This document shows positions 1 to 12,373 of a stretch of DNA of 64,000 nucleotides, one piece after another (position 1 is the first letter of the stretch; the number at the start of each line of letters is the position of its first letter). A model generated the notes under the pieces. The model saw only the letters and a program-made list of their open reading frames with translations, did no database searches and was not told the origin of the DNA. Both the position numbers and the translations under genes were made by a program. This stretch comes from Phoronis australis (taxonomy: Eukaryota > Animalia > Phoronida). The stretch is from positions 352,911 through 416,910 of the forward strand of contig NMRA01000032.1 in the NCBI GenBank assembly GCA_002633005.1. Direction: 5' to 3'.

Positions 1-419
1 AGGTTTTAAGTGAATTAATACAACTAATCTAGGCTTCAATGTTGTGCGGATGGAACACTTGAATTGAACATACCGTATTCTACCGGGTTAATGCCCAGAG
101 TACTTAAATTTAAAAACTAGAAATCAGGGGTGCTTAAAATTAAATTTTTTGAGAGAAGTCGAAGTGTGGGTGCTTAACCCAATGGTCAATCAGTGTAATG
201 GAGATACATTTACAACACACTTCATGTGAAACAATCAGAAAAAAAACACTGCTGGAATGTAGACAAGCTGGTTGCGAAAAATCTTGTAATTCACGGGTAG
301 GTGGGCAGACCATCAGGGAAACTTGTTACTGAGCAGATAAGGCACACAACTGGGTCCCTTTAAGTCCACCCTTTGAACTTGATTCAAATAAATACTTAAT
401 TTCCTTAAAAAGAATTTAC

Positions 420-536
420 CTTGCCAGAAAGATTTTCCAAACAGCAATGCCTGTTACCGAATCCTTCGGCAGCGAGACTGACTCTGTCCGACCCATGGTC
501 TTTTGTAGCAACACAGCTCAGGCAAATATTGTCATT
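420..536 (-). CDS. RyR: Ryanodine receptor, coding exon 2 ([39 protein letters not shown])
   Basis: Manual minus-strand translation, 117 nt, phase 0/0; acceptor tttatttacag, donor AAG|gtaaat. LAAEGFGNR is the hallmark RyR N-terminal motif (human RYR1 [17 protein letters not shown]). Joins in frame to exon 1. Confidence 0.97.
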
Positions 537-3500
537 CTGTAAATAAAGCAGTGATAGGTTTGTATGAAGAATCGCACAAACATAGACTGATATCTACATT
601 TCTATTCTTTCGGACATTAAGTAAGATATACTTCCTCACCTCAAACTTTTTTACCAGGATAAATAGTGACTTTTGTATTAATAGTGCTATGACTAAATGA
701 ATTATTCATGGTGGGAAGATTTCATTTGAGACTCACCTGAAGCACTAACTGAGCTTTTGTGAAAAAAGATGAAGTATTGCTATCGATATCGAGTCCTTAC
801 ACAAATTATCAATTTCTAATCTCAATCATTATTCAGTTTTGCCATTTCGTTTTGAATATCATGAACTAGCACGAAAGACATAGCATCTAACATGAATAGA
901 TTTCCACAATTATTCCATAATTTTCATGAAATACAGAAGATTAAAAAAGATACAAAAGATGTCCACTTTTGAGCAATTAACAAAGGCATCTATTTGTTGT
1001 TTCAATCACATTTTCAGCACAAAAGATAGATCTTTAAAGTCACTGTATCACAGTGATAAAAAAGTTAGTTCAAAAAGTCGCAACAAGGAGCAGATATTTC
1101 TTTATGAATTTTTTCCACATCAAGTGATGTTTTGACTGAAGTCAGAAGAGAACATAATGCAATAATCAGTCATCCCTGGCGTACTCATATCATGCTTAAA
1201 AGCCCATGCGAAAGATAGTTCACTCCCCACAGCCACAGCACCCAGTCTTGTGTGCCTAGCACATGTGTTCTTGTGGTTATTTTCCTGTTTTAGCCAGGAA
1301 GAAGTCATTTTCTAATGAATTCTTTTTATTAACAACAACTGATTGTATGAGTTTTTGGTCCCGGAATTGAGTGCCCCGAGAGAACAATGTTGTGTCTCTC
1401 GCCAGATATCCACTAACTACACGTTTTTACATTTTTGGTTAATATTACGAAGCTTCTTTCGTATACCAGAACATGTGAAGTGTCCTCTCATGGCCATAAC
1501 TGATTGGTGGAGTATCACAAACAATAAAGTATTGAATACAAAAACATCAAGAGATCTAAAATATTTATTGCTGTTTACCAAACTATTAAATACGCAGATA
1601 TTTTGACTTTATCTGAACGGAGCCAATATATCCCGTGCATTCAACAAAACTTGTGAAAGAGGGGATGTTGCCGTATTTATCACTAATGAATCACCTATAG
1701 CAAGACAAAAAAATGATCATACCACGGATAGGAATTACAGTTTGTTTGACACAGCAAACCTCCAATTAATTATAGGAAGGTGTTATGATGTGTCTAGTTG
1801 AGTCAGTGTCTGTGTTCACAAATTGTTGGATGAGTAACAACTAATAAGATATCTGGTTTTCCACAATATCAAAAAAGGGACAGAATTCATGGACTTCTTT
1901 CAAGGAATTAAGAGATTTAGAAACTAAGTAAAATTCCATATTTCTGTAACGGATACCATTATTCCAATATTTTTGTTCATTTTTAATTACCAAAAATTAC
2001 TTATATAAACTATCAATTGTGACATATTTTGGTTTCGAATCTTTCAACATCAATTTGCAGCAGACATGTTCATGTAGCTACTCCTTCTTTCTGAAGATGG
2101 CGCTGATCTTTTTCAAATTTTAAGTAACAATAAACATGGCATGCACCAAATTATACGTAAAACACAGTTGCAGCATAATTTATTTTGAACTAGCAAAACA
2201 GAAACTGGTAGTTTGCGAAAAGGAAAACAAGACAATTTTAAGTTTGTTTCCTACATTTTTGAAAAAGGAAAACCAGGTTATCTAGACAAAGGTATCAAGC
2301 TTGTAACTTTTTTCTATCTTGGGTAAATATCTATTTATTCTTGGAGTACTTTAGTTACTCAAGTGTTCAAAAACTGAGCAATCATCTCGAAATAACTGCT
2401 GCCCAAGGTACTACTGTAGAGCCAACAAAATGCTGGACATGATTGACAAATTGAAAACCAACACCACGGAATAACATTTGCATGATAAAAATGATATCAC
2501 AAGACCATACCGGGTTTTCCAGAATATATACTGTGCTTTTAAGACCAACAATAGTCATTTACCGGCTTCCCGCATTTTGAGAATCAGGTTGATGCCCGTT
2601 TTTCAGTAGAGAAAACAGGTTCTCAAATTCCCGGACTCCTGAAAGTGACTACTACGTTTACCGCTTTTTCGACACTATTCAGAATAAAAGTAATATATTA
2701 CAAAAAATATTCCATCAGAAGCGAATTGCTTAGAACAGGACATTTCCGTCCGAACTGGCAGCAAATCTATAATTGCATTATCTCGGGCTAAGAAATATCA
2801 GTCAATGACCACTTTCTAAGGAAAATGTATTTCATGCAACACTCAAAATGTCTGTTGAACCTCTTCATTACAAGACTTTAAGATAACAACTGCTTTGAAG
2901 TTAATCTTTGGAAGTTTGTTTGTAATCAAAGCCGCATTGAGATCTATGAAAAAAATGGCAAGAGCAAAGATTACAGACACTAGTGAATCTCTAATAGGAA
3001 TGAGCAAATGTATGTTTAATTATCTGATATATTACCAAACTGTTTCTCAAATATGCATTTTGTCCTGTTTAGCTGTCACCTATTTCAAGTTCTTATCAGA
3101 GGAGCCACAAAAGCTACTGCACTCACGGGGGGGGGGGTAATAGTCCCATACAGGAGTTCTTGATTTTGAGAACCACTTCCATGTCAGTTAGAAAACTAGT
3201 TCTCAAAATAGGGCCCTTGTAAGCGACTCTTAATCCGGCTCATTTCTTGACCTGTTGAGGGTTTTATGTTCTTCATAGCGCAAAGCAAGTCCTATTATGG
3301 GAAGGAAAAGTTTGAAACCAACTTTATAAGGGTAAATAGCCTATTAATAATTTTCATTTCAAGCCAGCTAAACAGGGCCAGGTGTATCTTTAAACTAACA
3401 GAAACATTTAAAACTGTTATAGCCTGCCTTGGGTCAAACAAATATCTTTGCTTTGATTTTGATCACTTACAGGCATTGAAGTGGGCCAGACTTCTTCCAA

Positions 3501-4472
3501 ACTCAAATAAGACATGATTTCTGAGTTTTTAAAGAATTAGCAGACTGTTATCACTTGAGAACAGACTCATCTAGTTGATCTGTCACAGTGGCAAGTTTCT
3601 TAGACCAAACACAGGTTAGAAGCAGCTTTAAAATGGCATCTGACATGTCATTGCCAACGATTTTGTCCACAACAGACAAGAACACAATATTGAAGCAATC
3701 TGCACTTTCACCAATTAAATGTACATGTAAACACTTCAATGTGTCGATTTATTATTTTTTTCATTCACCAAGAGTCTTGAATTATAGTGTACTCAATCTA
3801 ATGAGAATTTGATGGCCAATAAAACTGCTCTGTTGAATTAACGATACATTTCCTGCCAAGAACTGAATGTGGTACGAAATGCATGAAAAACATTGCAGTG
3901 AATTTAGTTCAAATAAACACTTTCCAGCTATTTCCAACGTCAAAATCCTTGATATTGTCATCATAGTGGAAACTTGTTTTCAGCTTTGACATTGCCAACA
4001 ATTCAATCTCAACCAGACAATTTGTGTATTCTAACAAAACCAAAGATGCTTAACTATCTTCCCAGTATTTGATTGCCAAGACTCGGGCCTTTTCCACAGA
4101 AATACTTTCAATTATCTAAAAAAAAGTTGGAAATGTATTTCACATTTCAAAGAACACGACACTCCAAGAATTATGTACCGTAAGTAGAGACTCGTACAAA
4201 GCCCACAGCGGATCTATTTCTGAAATTTACAGAGCTGTGCCAGTGTACACCTATTCCTGTCAAAAATAACAAAAACTAGAAATAAAATTTCCACTGGATC
4301 CTGGTCAAACTTGTAAAATTCAAAGACAGCCCAAAATAGTTGTCTTAAGTGACACGAATATTGCATTTTTGAGTTCAGCCCCACGATAGATGCAAACTCA
4401 AGCTCTCACAGGTAACAGCCTTATGCTATGTTAGCAAAGGTTAAAGGGCAATATAGCAAATGCCTGAGTATT

Positions 4473-4885
4473 TTAAGTGCCGTCCACACACAGACGTCCA
4501 CACACCGACTTATCCTAGAACAAGTTACACCTAGAAAGAGTTGCCGCTAGGTTTGGAGGCTGTGTGGATGCTATATTTAAACTAATGCAACTTACCCCAC
4601 CTGTGACAATTTATTCTACCTTATCGAGGTAGGGCAACGTGCACCATTTCTTATTCCTGTGTGCTCACAAACTTGGGGCAAGGCACAAGTAATTATCAGC
4701 TCCGGCTACGTATAGACGGGTCGCCGTTTTTGCACTACGTGTACGTCGACACCCATGGAACGACAACTTCTGCCTTACCCCTGTTATCGGATGTGTGTGT
4801 GTGTGGGGGGGGGTATGCTCCACTTAACAGTGGGTTAACTTGCACCAGTGCAAACTGGGTAAACTGGGTGTGGACGGGACTTGAA
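4473..4885. mobile_element. MITE, PIF/Harbinger-like; related copies at about 32730-32926 (inverted) and 42733-42943
   Basis: Ends ttaagtgccgtccacac ... gtgtggacgggacttga are inverted repeats; internal tagaacaagttac...tttggaggctgtgtgga recurs reverse-complemented at 32820-32926. Confidence 0.65.
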
Positions 4886-6299
4886 GCACATTCAAATGAT
4901 AAAGACGCCACCCTCCACTTCAAGTACAAAAACAACCGCTTTTGCTGTTTTATAGCCCATAAAATCCAGAAATCCACCCAGCATAACTACACTAACAAAA
5001 CTACATTTTTAACCCTAAAAACTATCATGTCCTTAACCAAATGGCTCCAGCACATTATCCACAGAGATTACTTTAGATAATCTCAACCTTATAGATGACA
5101 AATTTGTGCAAACCTATCAGTTGATTTTAAATTTTGAGTACTGAATTAAGGAGTGTACCGTATTCAGAAATTTTTGTCTGATCACAAGTTTAGCATAGTT
5201 TATCATATGCAAAAGATTTCTACAATACCAATTCAATAAACATTCTTGATTTAACAATGGAATGTGGAAGTGTCCACAATAAACATGTAGACGATATTTT
5301 TTCAGGGTTAAACAAATCGAAAACTCAGAACTCTGGCTTGGAGTTAAACAGAGCATCCATGTTTAAAAACAAAATCTCTGTAAAGTCCAACACGAGGGTT
5401 GACCCCAAGTAGGCTTAATAAGCACGAAGATCTAATGACATCAGTTGTAGGAGTTGAATGAACTAACACTAGAAAGTTGACGATCTATTGTGTTTGTCAA
5501 TTAAAAGTGCTTTCCCACTAGAGGTGAAATTTTGCTTTTAACAGAGTAGTGGGTAAGGTCAGAGCCAAACTTTGGTGACCTTATTAGTATAGGTTGCGGC
5601 AACAATATAGGATCACGCTAGACTCAATGAGATAGATATCCACCAAATCCTGGTTTGGAATTGATTTCAAGGGTACCTCACGTTATAATTAAACTTCTCC
5701 ACTTTCTAAACCAGGCACTAACACATATTTTTCAATATTCTTAGACTGTTGCACTACATTTTATAGTCAAATCCAATTACATCAACATTTCTTATTGTTA
5801 TACTTAATTTTCTAGTTAAATTGAATTATATTGACACAACACTTCACAATCATAGCAAATCAAATTTAACAAAATATACAGTTAAAACAGCACAGACACA
5901 CTACACAAAAACTTTTAAAAACCAAGGATAGAAGAACCACTGCCTGGTTGCATGGATAGATTCAACTAAGCTTCCAAAATCTTGCATATTTGTTTCGTTC
6001 TTTATTCACAGATGTAGTATTTTTCAGTCATTTTATCTTTTGTATGAGCTCCTCTTTGACTAATGACATTTTCTAATAATTATATATAAAAATTGATCCC
6101 TTAATTAAGTCAAAATAATTAGGGACTTAGTCCTTAAATTAAGGGCGTCGCATGAAAAGATCCCTACTTATTTTCAGTAATAACAATAATTCAACATAGA
6201 GTTAACTCAGAATTTGTATCAAAGTCGCAAATTGACTTAGTTATAAGACTGAAACATCATAAAAAGGACAATCAGTGAATACATGAGTCCATTAATACG

Positions 6300-6445
6300 C
6301 AGATTTAGGGAACCTAGTTGAGTCCCTGGGGAATATTTTATGCAACCCTCACAGACCTTGCTCAAGGGTCTAGCAGAGACGTTTGTTGAGATTTGAACTC
6401 TCCATCTTTCAGTTGAGAGGGACACTATGCCAGACTGCAATTGCC
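6300..6445 (-). mobile_element. Degraded tRNA-derived SINE head
   Basis: Minus strand has B-box-like gagttcaaatct (6400-6389) followed by cccttgagcaagg, a motif common in SINE cores. Boundaries approximate. Confidence 0.45.
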
Positions 6446-7221
6446 TCTTGGCACTAATTTCATGTACAAGCAAAACAAATTGCTGAGAAGTTCAACAAAG
6501 ACATCAAGAAAAATAACCTTTTGAAAATGCAGATTGCTAATTTGATGGTTGAACAAAAATACCAACAGAACATGTTCCCAGGAAAGCTTAACTGTTAGAG
6601 CTTTTCATTTCAGGATACGAAAGATATATAAAGGTTAGAAATTTTGTATTTTCAAATCAGACAACCTTGGTTGTAGCAATCAAAATATTGAGCTATTTTA
6701 ATGGGTTTTTTGTTGAGGAATTAGAGACAAAAACAATACTCAAGTTTCCCACAACACTGAATGCTATGCAAGTGAAAGATCTTGGTTGATGAATTGCAGA
6801 GGTTGCTGAATAAATAGTTGAGATTTTCAAGCAACGAGATTTGTAGCTATTCTCAGTACTCCAGTTAGCCAGTCACAAGTTAAACACTGACATGGACTAT
6901 GACTGTTTTTTGTCATAACTGAGAGCTAATGTTTACACTAACTTCTATAAACATCAAACAGGGATGGCACGCCCTCCTACCAGCACATGAAACTGAGTAT
7001 AAAGCACCAAAACCTTATCTTACTCTAAGCCAAATGACAGTGAGTTTGAGTTACATGCTTAGGGAGACATTAACGGTTTCACAGCGGAAAAACACATTTT
7101 GGAATCATTGTTAGCACTAAGCAGAGTCATCAAACAACAAAATCCATCTGTTGGGTTTTGTGATTTTATTATCCATTGTGTTCCATACAATTTCTGAAAT
7201 CAAGGCTGGGGACTTAACCAG

Positions 7222-7326
7222 GGCTGGGTTGCATAAAACTTTGGTGCATTGTTCAACAATAACATGGTGCGTGATAATACCACGTCATTGTTGCTATGCA
7301 GCATATAACTTTTATGCAACTGGGCC
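7222..7326. mobile_element. Short Harbinger-like MITE
   Basis: TIRs ggctgggttgcataaaa / ttttatgcaactgggcc; flanks cag / tag. Confidence 0.55.
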
Positions 7327-8265
7327 TAGATGTTTAAAATCATCTAGTGGGTCTTTTAGCTCTACTAGCAGAGCGTTTGTCTGAACCTGCAAGGATTCCA
7401 GGTTCGATTCTGTGCTGAGGGTGGTCTGAAGGAATCTCTTTCCTTGTCCTTTGAAATCTCTGGAGCAACCGCAACAGAAATAGATATGTACGCCCATGAT
7501 GGTGAAACAATCGCAAAAACTCAACAGGTGATGTTAAATAAATAAATCGTAATTATTCACAGCTCATTTTTGCATGAAGGGAGGCATGGTTGACCTTTAA
7601 AATCTTTCACACACCTTAAAGGTACAATCCTATTTTTGAGTATGTCAAATTAAACACTCTGAGACTTCACCCAAATGAAGGTATGTGATGACACTGATGA
7701 GAAGCAAGCTTCGGAAATTAATTACCTGTTGTTAAATGTGTGTCATTATCCAGTGAGACTGTGAACAGTCTGTCTGAACTGTCAGACATCTGTAGCATGA
7801 GAGATGTCTTGATCAGGCGTGCACCTTGAAAAATCACTGCTTTCAAACCCATGACTCTGATCAAGGTATTGTTCAACTATGTTGTTCTTCACGTAGTCGA
7901 ATTAGGGCAAACATTTTCCAGTTTGAGACAGTAAAAAATATTGTTTTGCTGAAAGTCGGAGCTTGCACCAAATGTTAGAAAGAAGCAGAGTTCAAGAATT
8001 ACGATAAATGACAACCGGTCATTCACCTTCCTGTCACATTGTCACATGGGTATACCAGAAAACTTTGCATTGATAGCTTATTTCGAGAATTTTATGACCT
8101 GCCAGTTCTAACTGGTGGCATTGAGAAAGACCCAGATGAGGGCAAAATACAAACATGTTCCTGTGAGGAGTCAAAGGCTGTCCATGATACCGTATTATAC
8201 ATATAATATATAATACTGCTAGTAACAGAATGGTTATATTTTTTATCGAACAAATTACCAACACT

Positions 8266-8560
8266 CCTTCAGAAGTTTTTGTAGAAGCCAGCTAGTACCA
8301 ACTGGCTTCTACAAAATCTGAGTAAGTGCTGGGAAAACCGACTTAGCTAAGACAAAGCTTAAATTTCAGTCAGTTTTAAGATAAATCTTAAATTTGTCCA
8401 CTGATTTCAAGAAAGATATCTCAAGTTTGACTTCAGTTTTTGAATTAAGCTTTGTCTTAATTTTGACTACCTTACCAGATATAGAAGTTTTAAAATTCAG
8501 AAGTTGACACATATGTTAGACTTGACTAAAAATGAACTAAAGTCAGCTTCTTGGAAGGGG
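8266..8560. mobile_element. Palindrome-rich MITE-like element
   Basis: Ends ccttcagaag / cttcttggaagg; perfect 15-bp stem ttttgtagaagccag (8277-8291) / ctggcttctacaaaa (8302-8316); second internal IR taagacaaagcttaa / ttaagctttgtctta. Confidence 0.5.
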
Positions 8561-8859
8561 GGGGCTGTTGAATAAGCCAGTCAATATAGGACTAACCAGG
8601 TATGTCAGGGATTGTAACTACTTAATCTCCACCCACAGGTGAATACAATGACCCTCAATAGAATAGGTTACCTAATCAGGTATGTAATTCTTTACCATAA
8701 CAAACACCAGGATATTTCTATTCTGGCCAGTTTTTAATGAAAGACAGCAGACACTGTGCCCAGCAATATCAAGAGGATGAAAATTTGACTGTCAAGAGGC
8801 ATTGTATAGCCAGCAAATCAAGAAGGTGAAACCTGAATTGTCACCCTCAGAGGACAATG

Positions 8860-10726
8860 ATGTGGGTCAAGCAAGGAACATTCGCATTTCATTTTTTAAT
8901 CCTTTCTTTTTGTTTCCACAATGCATTTTACATATGCTAACAATAGACATGAATAATTAAAGCTATACTTCGCCCTCTTTAGCTGGCTAAACAAGAGCAA
9001 TGCAGAGCGTTGAAATGCACCCATGAATGCAACGCAAACGGAGTGCTTCTAGGGTTGTTTATTTGTTTAAAAAAATAGCCACTAGATGGTGAAAAAACGT
9101 CCAAAACCATCTGAAAACAGGAACATGCCACCGCTTCTTTAACAGAAAGCTATTTACCAAATTTCATAAAAATCTGTCATGGAACTTCAGAGAAACAAAC
9201 GAAAACAGAAAAAATGAAATTGCCACTATGGGGCACAGCATTCATTGGATCCGTCTAAAAGACCTCGTTGTCTGTTGTTAGCTTCATATAAATACAATTA
9301 CTAAATTTAATAAAGATCCTGCAGTGAGTTTAAGAGATGCAGCTATGGGCGCAAAACAAAACAAAACTACCACTAGGAGGCGCCACAGTATTCGGATTCG
9401 TTATCATCAAATGTCCTCTTCACACTGAGAACATATACGCCAATTTTCAAAATCATCCTTAGAATGGTTTGGTTGATCGAGGGGTGGACGCCAAAAAATA
9501 AGACTCGAAAACACCAAAAATGGCCACTAGGTGGCGCAAAGTACCTCGATTCCATTCGAAAGCGGAAGAATAGCATCATCTCACCAATAAATGCCTATAT
9601 TCCAAACTTTCTGATAATCTGTTGAGGACCTTTGGAGACACAGAAGTAAGCCTAAAAAATGAAAATTGCCAGTAGGGGGCACACTGGTAGTCAGATCCAT
9701 CCGAAAGTTGTTGTCATCCGTTGTCAACATCAATTTAATACACTAGCTAAATTTAGCAAAGATGCTGCTAACGGTTAAGGACATACAGCCANATGTGGGT
9801 CAAACAAGGAACATTTGCATTTCATTTTTTGAATCCTTTCTTTTTTGTTTCCACAATGCATTTTACATATGCTAACACAAGACATGAGTAATTAAAGCTA
9901 TACTTCGCCCTCTTTAGCTGGCTAAACAAGAGCAATGCAGAGCGTTGAAATGCACCCATGAATGCAACGCAAACGGAGTGCTTCTAGGGTTGTTTATTTG
10001 TTTTAAAAAATAGCCACTAGATGGTGAAAAAACGTCCAAAACCATCTGAAAACGGGAACATGCCACCACTTCTTTAACAGAAAGCTATTTACCAAATTTC
10101 ATAAAAATCTGTCATGGAACTTCAGAGAAACAAACGAAAACAGAAAAAATGAAATTGCCACTATGGGGCACAGCATTCATTGGATCCGTCTAAAAGACTT
10201 CATTGTCTGTTGTTAGCTTCATATAAATACAATTACTAAATTTAATAAAGATCCTGAAGTGAGTTTAAGAGATTCAGCTATGGGCGCAAAACAAAACAAA
10301 ACTACCACTAGGAGGCGCCACAGTATTCGGATTCGTTATCATCAAATGTCCTCTTCACACTGAGAACATATACGCCAATTTTCAAAATCATCCTTAGAAT
10401 GGTTTGGTTGATCGAGGGGTGGACGCCAAAAAATAAGAATCGAAAACACCAAAAATGGCCACTAGGACGCGCAAAGTACCTCGATTCCATTCGAAAGCGG
10501 AAGAATAGCATCATCTCACCAATAAATGCCTATATTCCAAACTTTCTGATAATCTGTTGAGGACTTTTGGAGACACAGAAGTAAGCCTAAAAAATGAAAA
10601 TTGCCAGTAGGGGGCACACTGGTAGTCAGATCCATCCGAAAGTTGTTGTCATCCGTTGTCAACATCATTTTAATACACTAGCTAAATTTAGCAAAGATGC
10701 TGCTAACGGTTAAGGACATACAGCCA
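8860..10726. repeat. Tandem near-identical duplication (8860-9791 and 9793-10726) joined by a single N at 9792; probable allelic assembly artefact
   Basis: Both copies start atgtgggtcaa and end acatacagcca; scattered SNPs/indels; N exactly at the junction. Confidence 0.9.
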
Positions 10727-11869
10727 TGGGCGCAAAAAAAACAAAACTGCCACTAGGAGGCACCACAGTAGTCTAAGTAGTCGGAAAATCATCGTCAACT
10801 TCGTAGTAAGAACATACATGCCAATTTTCACAATCATCCTTAGAGCGGTTTGGTTGATAGAGGGGTTAATGTCAAAAAACAGAGCAGGTGGCGCAAGCTA
10901 TGTCAAATCTATCCGAAAACCGCAGGAAAGCGTCATTTCACTAATAGATGCCTATATTTCAAATTTTATGAAAATGCGTTGAGGATCTTTGAAGATACAG
11001 AGATAAACGTAAAAAAATTAAATTGCCATTAGGGGCCACACCGGTAGTCAGATCCTTCCGAAAGTCGTCACCATCTATTGTCAACATCATATAAATACAC
11101 CTGCAGAATTTAGTAAATGTCCTGCCAACGGTTCAGGAGATACAGCCATGGGCGTGAAAAGAAACAAAACTGTCACTAGGAAGCGCCACAGTAGTCGAAA
11201 TCATCAGAAAATCATCATCAGCCGTCCTCTTCATAGTAAAAACATACATGCCAATTTCCACAATCATCCTTAGAGCGGTTTGGTTGATAGAGGGGTAGAC
11301 GCCAAAAAACAGACTAGAAAACGGCAAAAACGGCCACTAGGTGACGCAAACTACGTCGAATCCACTCGAAAACGTGAGGATAGCGTCACCTCACTAATAG
11401 ATGCCTATATGCCAAGTTTTATAAAAATACGTTGAGGACCTTTGAAGATATAGAGGTAAGCATAAAAAACTAAAATTGCCACTAGGGGGCACACCAGTTG
11501 TCAGATCCGTCCGAAAGTTCGCTTATGCTGTCCCATCCCTGATAGAAACGTGCAAAATTTCATGAACGTACGTCAAAGGGTTTTGGAGACAGAGCAGCGG
11601 ATGCCGGACGGACGCCGGACGGAGATGACGGCATAATGCGTCCACATATAAATATGTGGGTGCATAAAAATAAAAATCAAATCAGCCTTTTAACTCTCCT
11701 AAAATCAGTCTCATACTAATCCTTAACGTGTTTGAATTCTATTTCCGTTACCAACTCCAGTCATAAATGGAATCCAATCACGGAAAGTCTGAGATCGATT
11801 TTATGAAAGTAAAAGGCCTAATTTGATTTTTGTTTTTTAGCCAGCTCAAACGGGGAAACGCAGCTTTAA
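9892..11869. mobile_element. TTAA-flanked (Kolobok-like) MITE, interrupted by the HINE-like element
   Basis: Left TTAA-agctatacttcgccctctttagctggctaa..taaaaatcaaatcagcctttta is an imperfect inverted repeat of right taaaaggcctaatttgatttttgttttttagccagctcaaacggggaaacgcagct-TTAA. Left end duplicated at 8957; a right-end remnant at about 44741-44787. Confidence 0.7.
9924..11670 (-). mobile_element. DINE-1/HINE-like non-autonomous Helentron element with internal ~146-bp tandem subunits
   Basis: On minus strand: starts TTTTTATGCACCCACATAT with a hairpin (11636-11665), then a (CCGT)-type microsatellite (about 11599-11632), tandem core repeats, a subterminal inverted copy of ATGCACCCA (9950-9958), a small stem-loop and a CTCTTGTTT end, inserted in a T-run. 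Partial allelic copy at 8989-9791. Confidence 0.8.
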
Positions 11870-12214
11870 TGAATAGGCCTACTGTCAGTGAACTAAGGAA
11901 GTTATCTGAAAACCTAATTTGATCAGAAATTAGACTTGTGGCAACTCCTCAAGGTTGTTGACCAGCAGCACAGATGCCAGCTCTCCAGGAGTGTTCTGGG
12001 TGTCTCTAGTATTTCAATAGTGTACAGGAATGGACTGCCTGTTTTTCAGTCTTTCATAACAATAGCAAAGCTATTGAAACTGGTGGTCATTAGTTTAACA
12101 CAACAGACTGTGGATGGGACCTAAATGACGATTCCTGCACTTGTACTTCCTTTCTGGGCTGGGCTATTCAGAATCCGTAAGGGGTTGCATGACTAAGAGT
12201 TGGGTTCACAAAGA

Positions 12215-12373
12215 CCTGCCTCCCGTTCAGTAACGCTAGGACCTCGCTAAAAAGCAAGACTTAGCGAGATTACGTGAGATATTGCCGTGCATTGTAAATG
12301 AAAACACGTGACTTTGACTAGGTTTTAGCTAGGTCCTAGCATAGGTCCTAGCGTCTACTAAACGCACGCCTGC
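12215..12373. mobile_element. ~150-bp element with subterminal inverted repeats bounded by CCTGC direct repeats (second copy at 56471-56616)
   Basis: cgttcagtaacgctaggacct ... aggtcctagcgtctactaaacg; aligns by eye along its full length with 56471-56616. Confidence 0.85.

Noticed and set aside
1-419. RyR exon 3 (expected to begin near N-V/I-PPD)
   Set aside because: No matching reading frame seen on the minus strand; presumably outside the window.
9373-10514. Duplicated 68-aa ORFs (also 50161/51983 and 48960/50872)
   Set aside because: Chance ORFs repeated only because of the N-joined duplications; no recognisable protein features.
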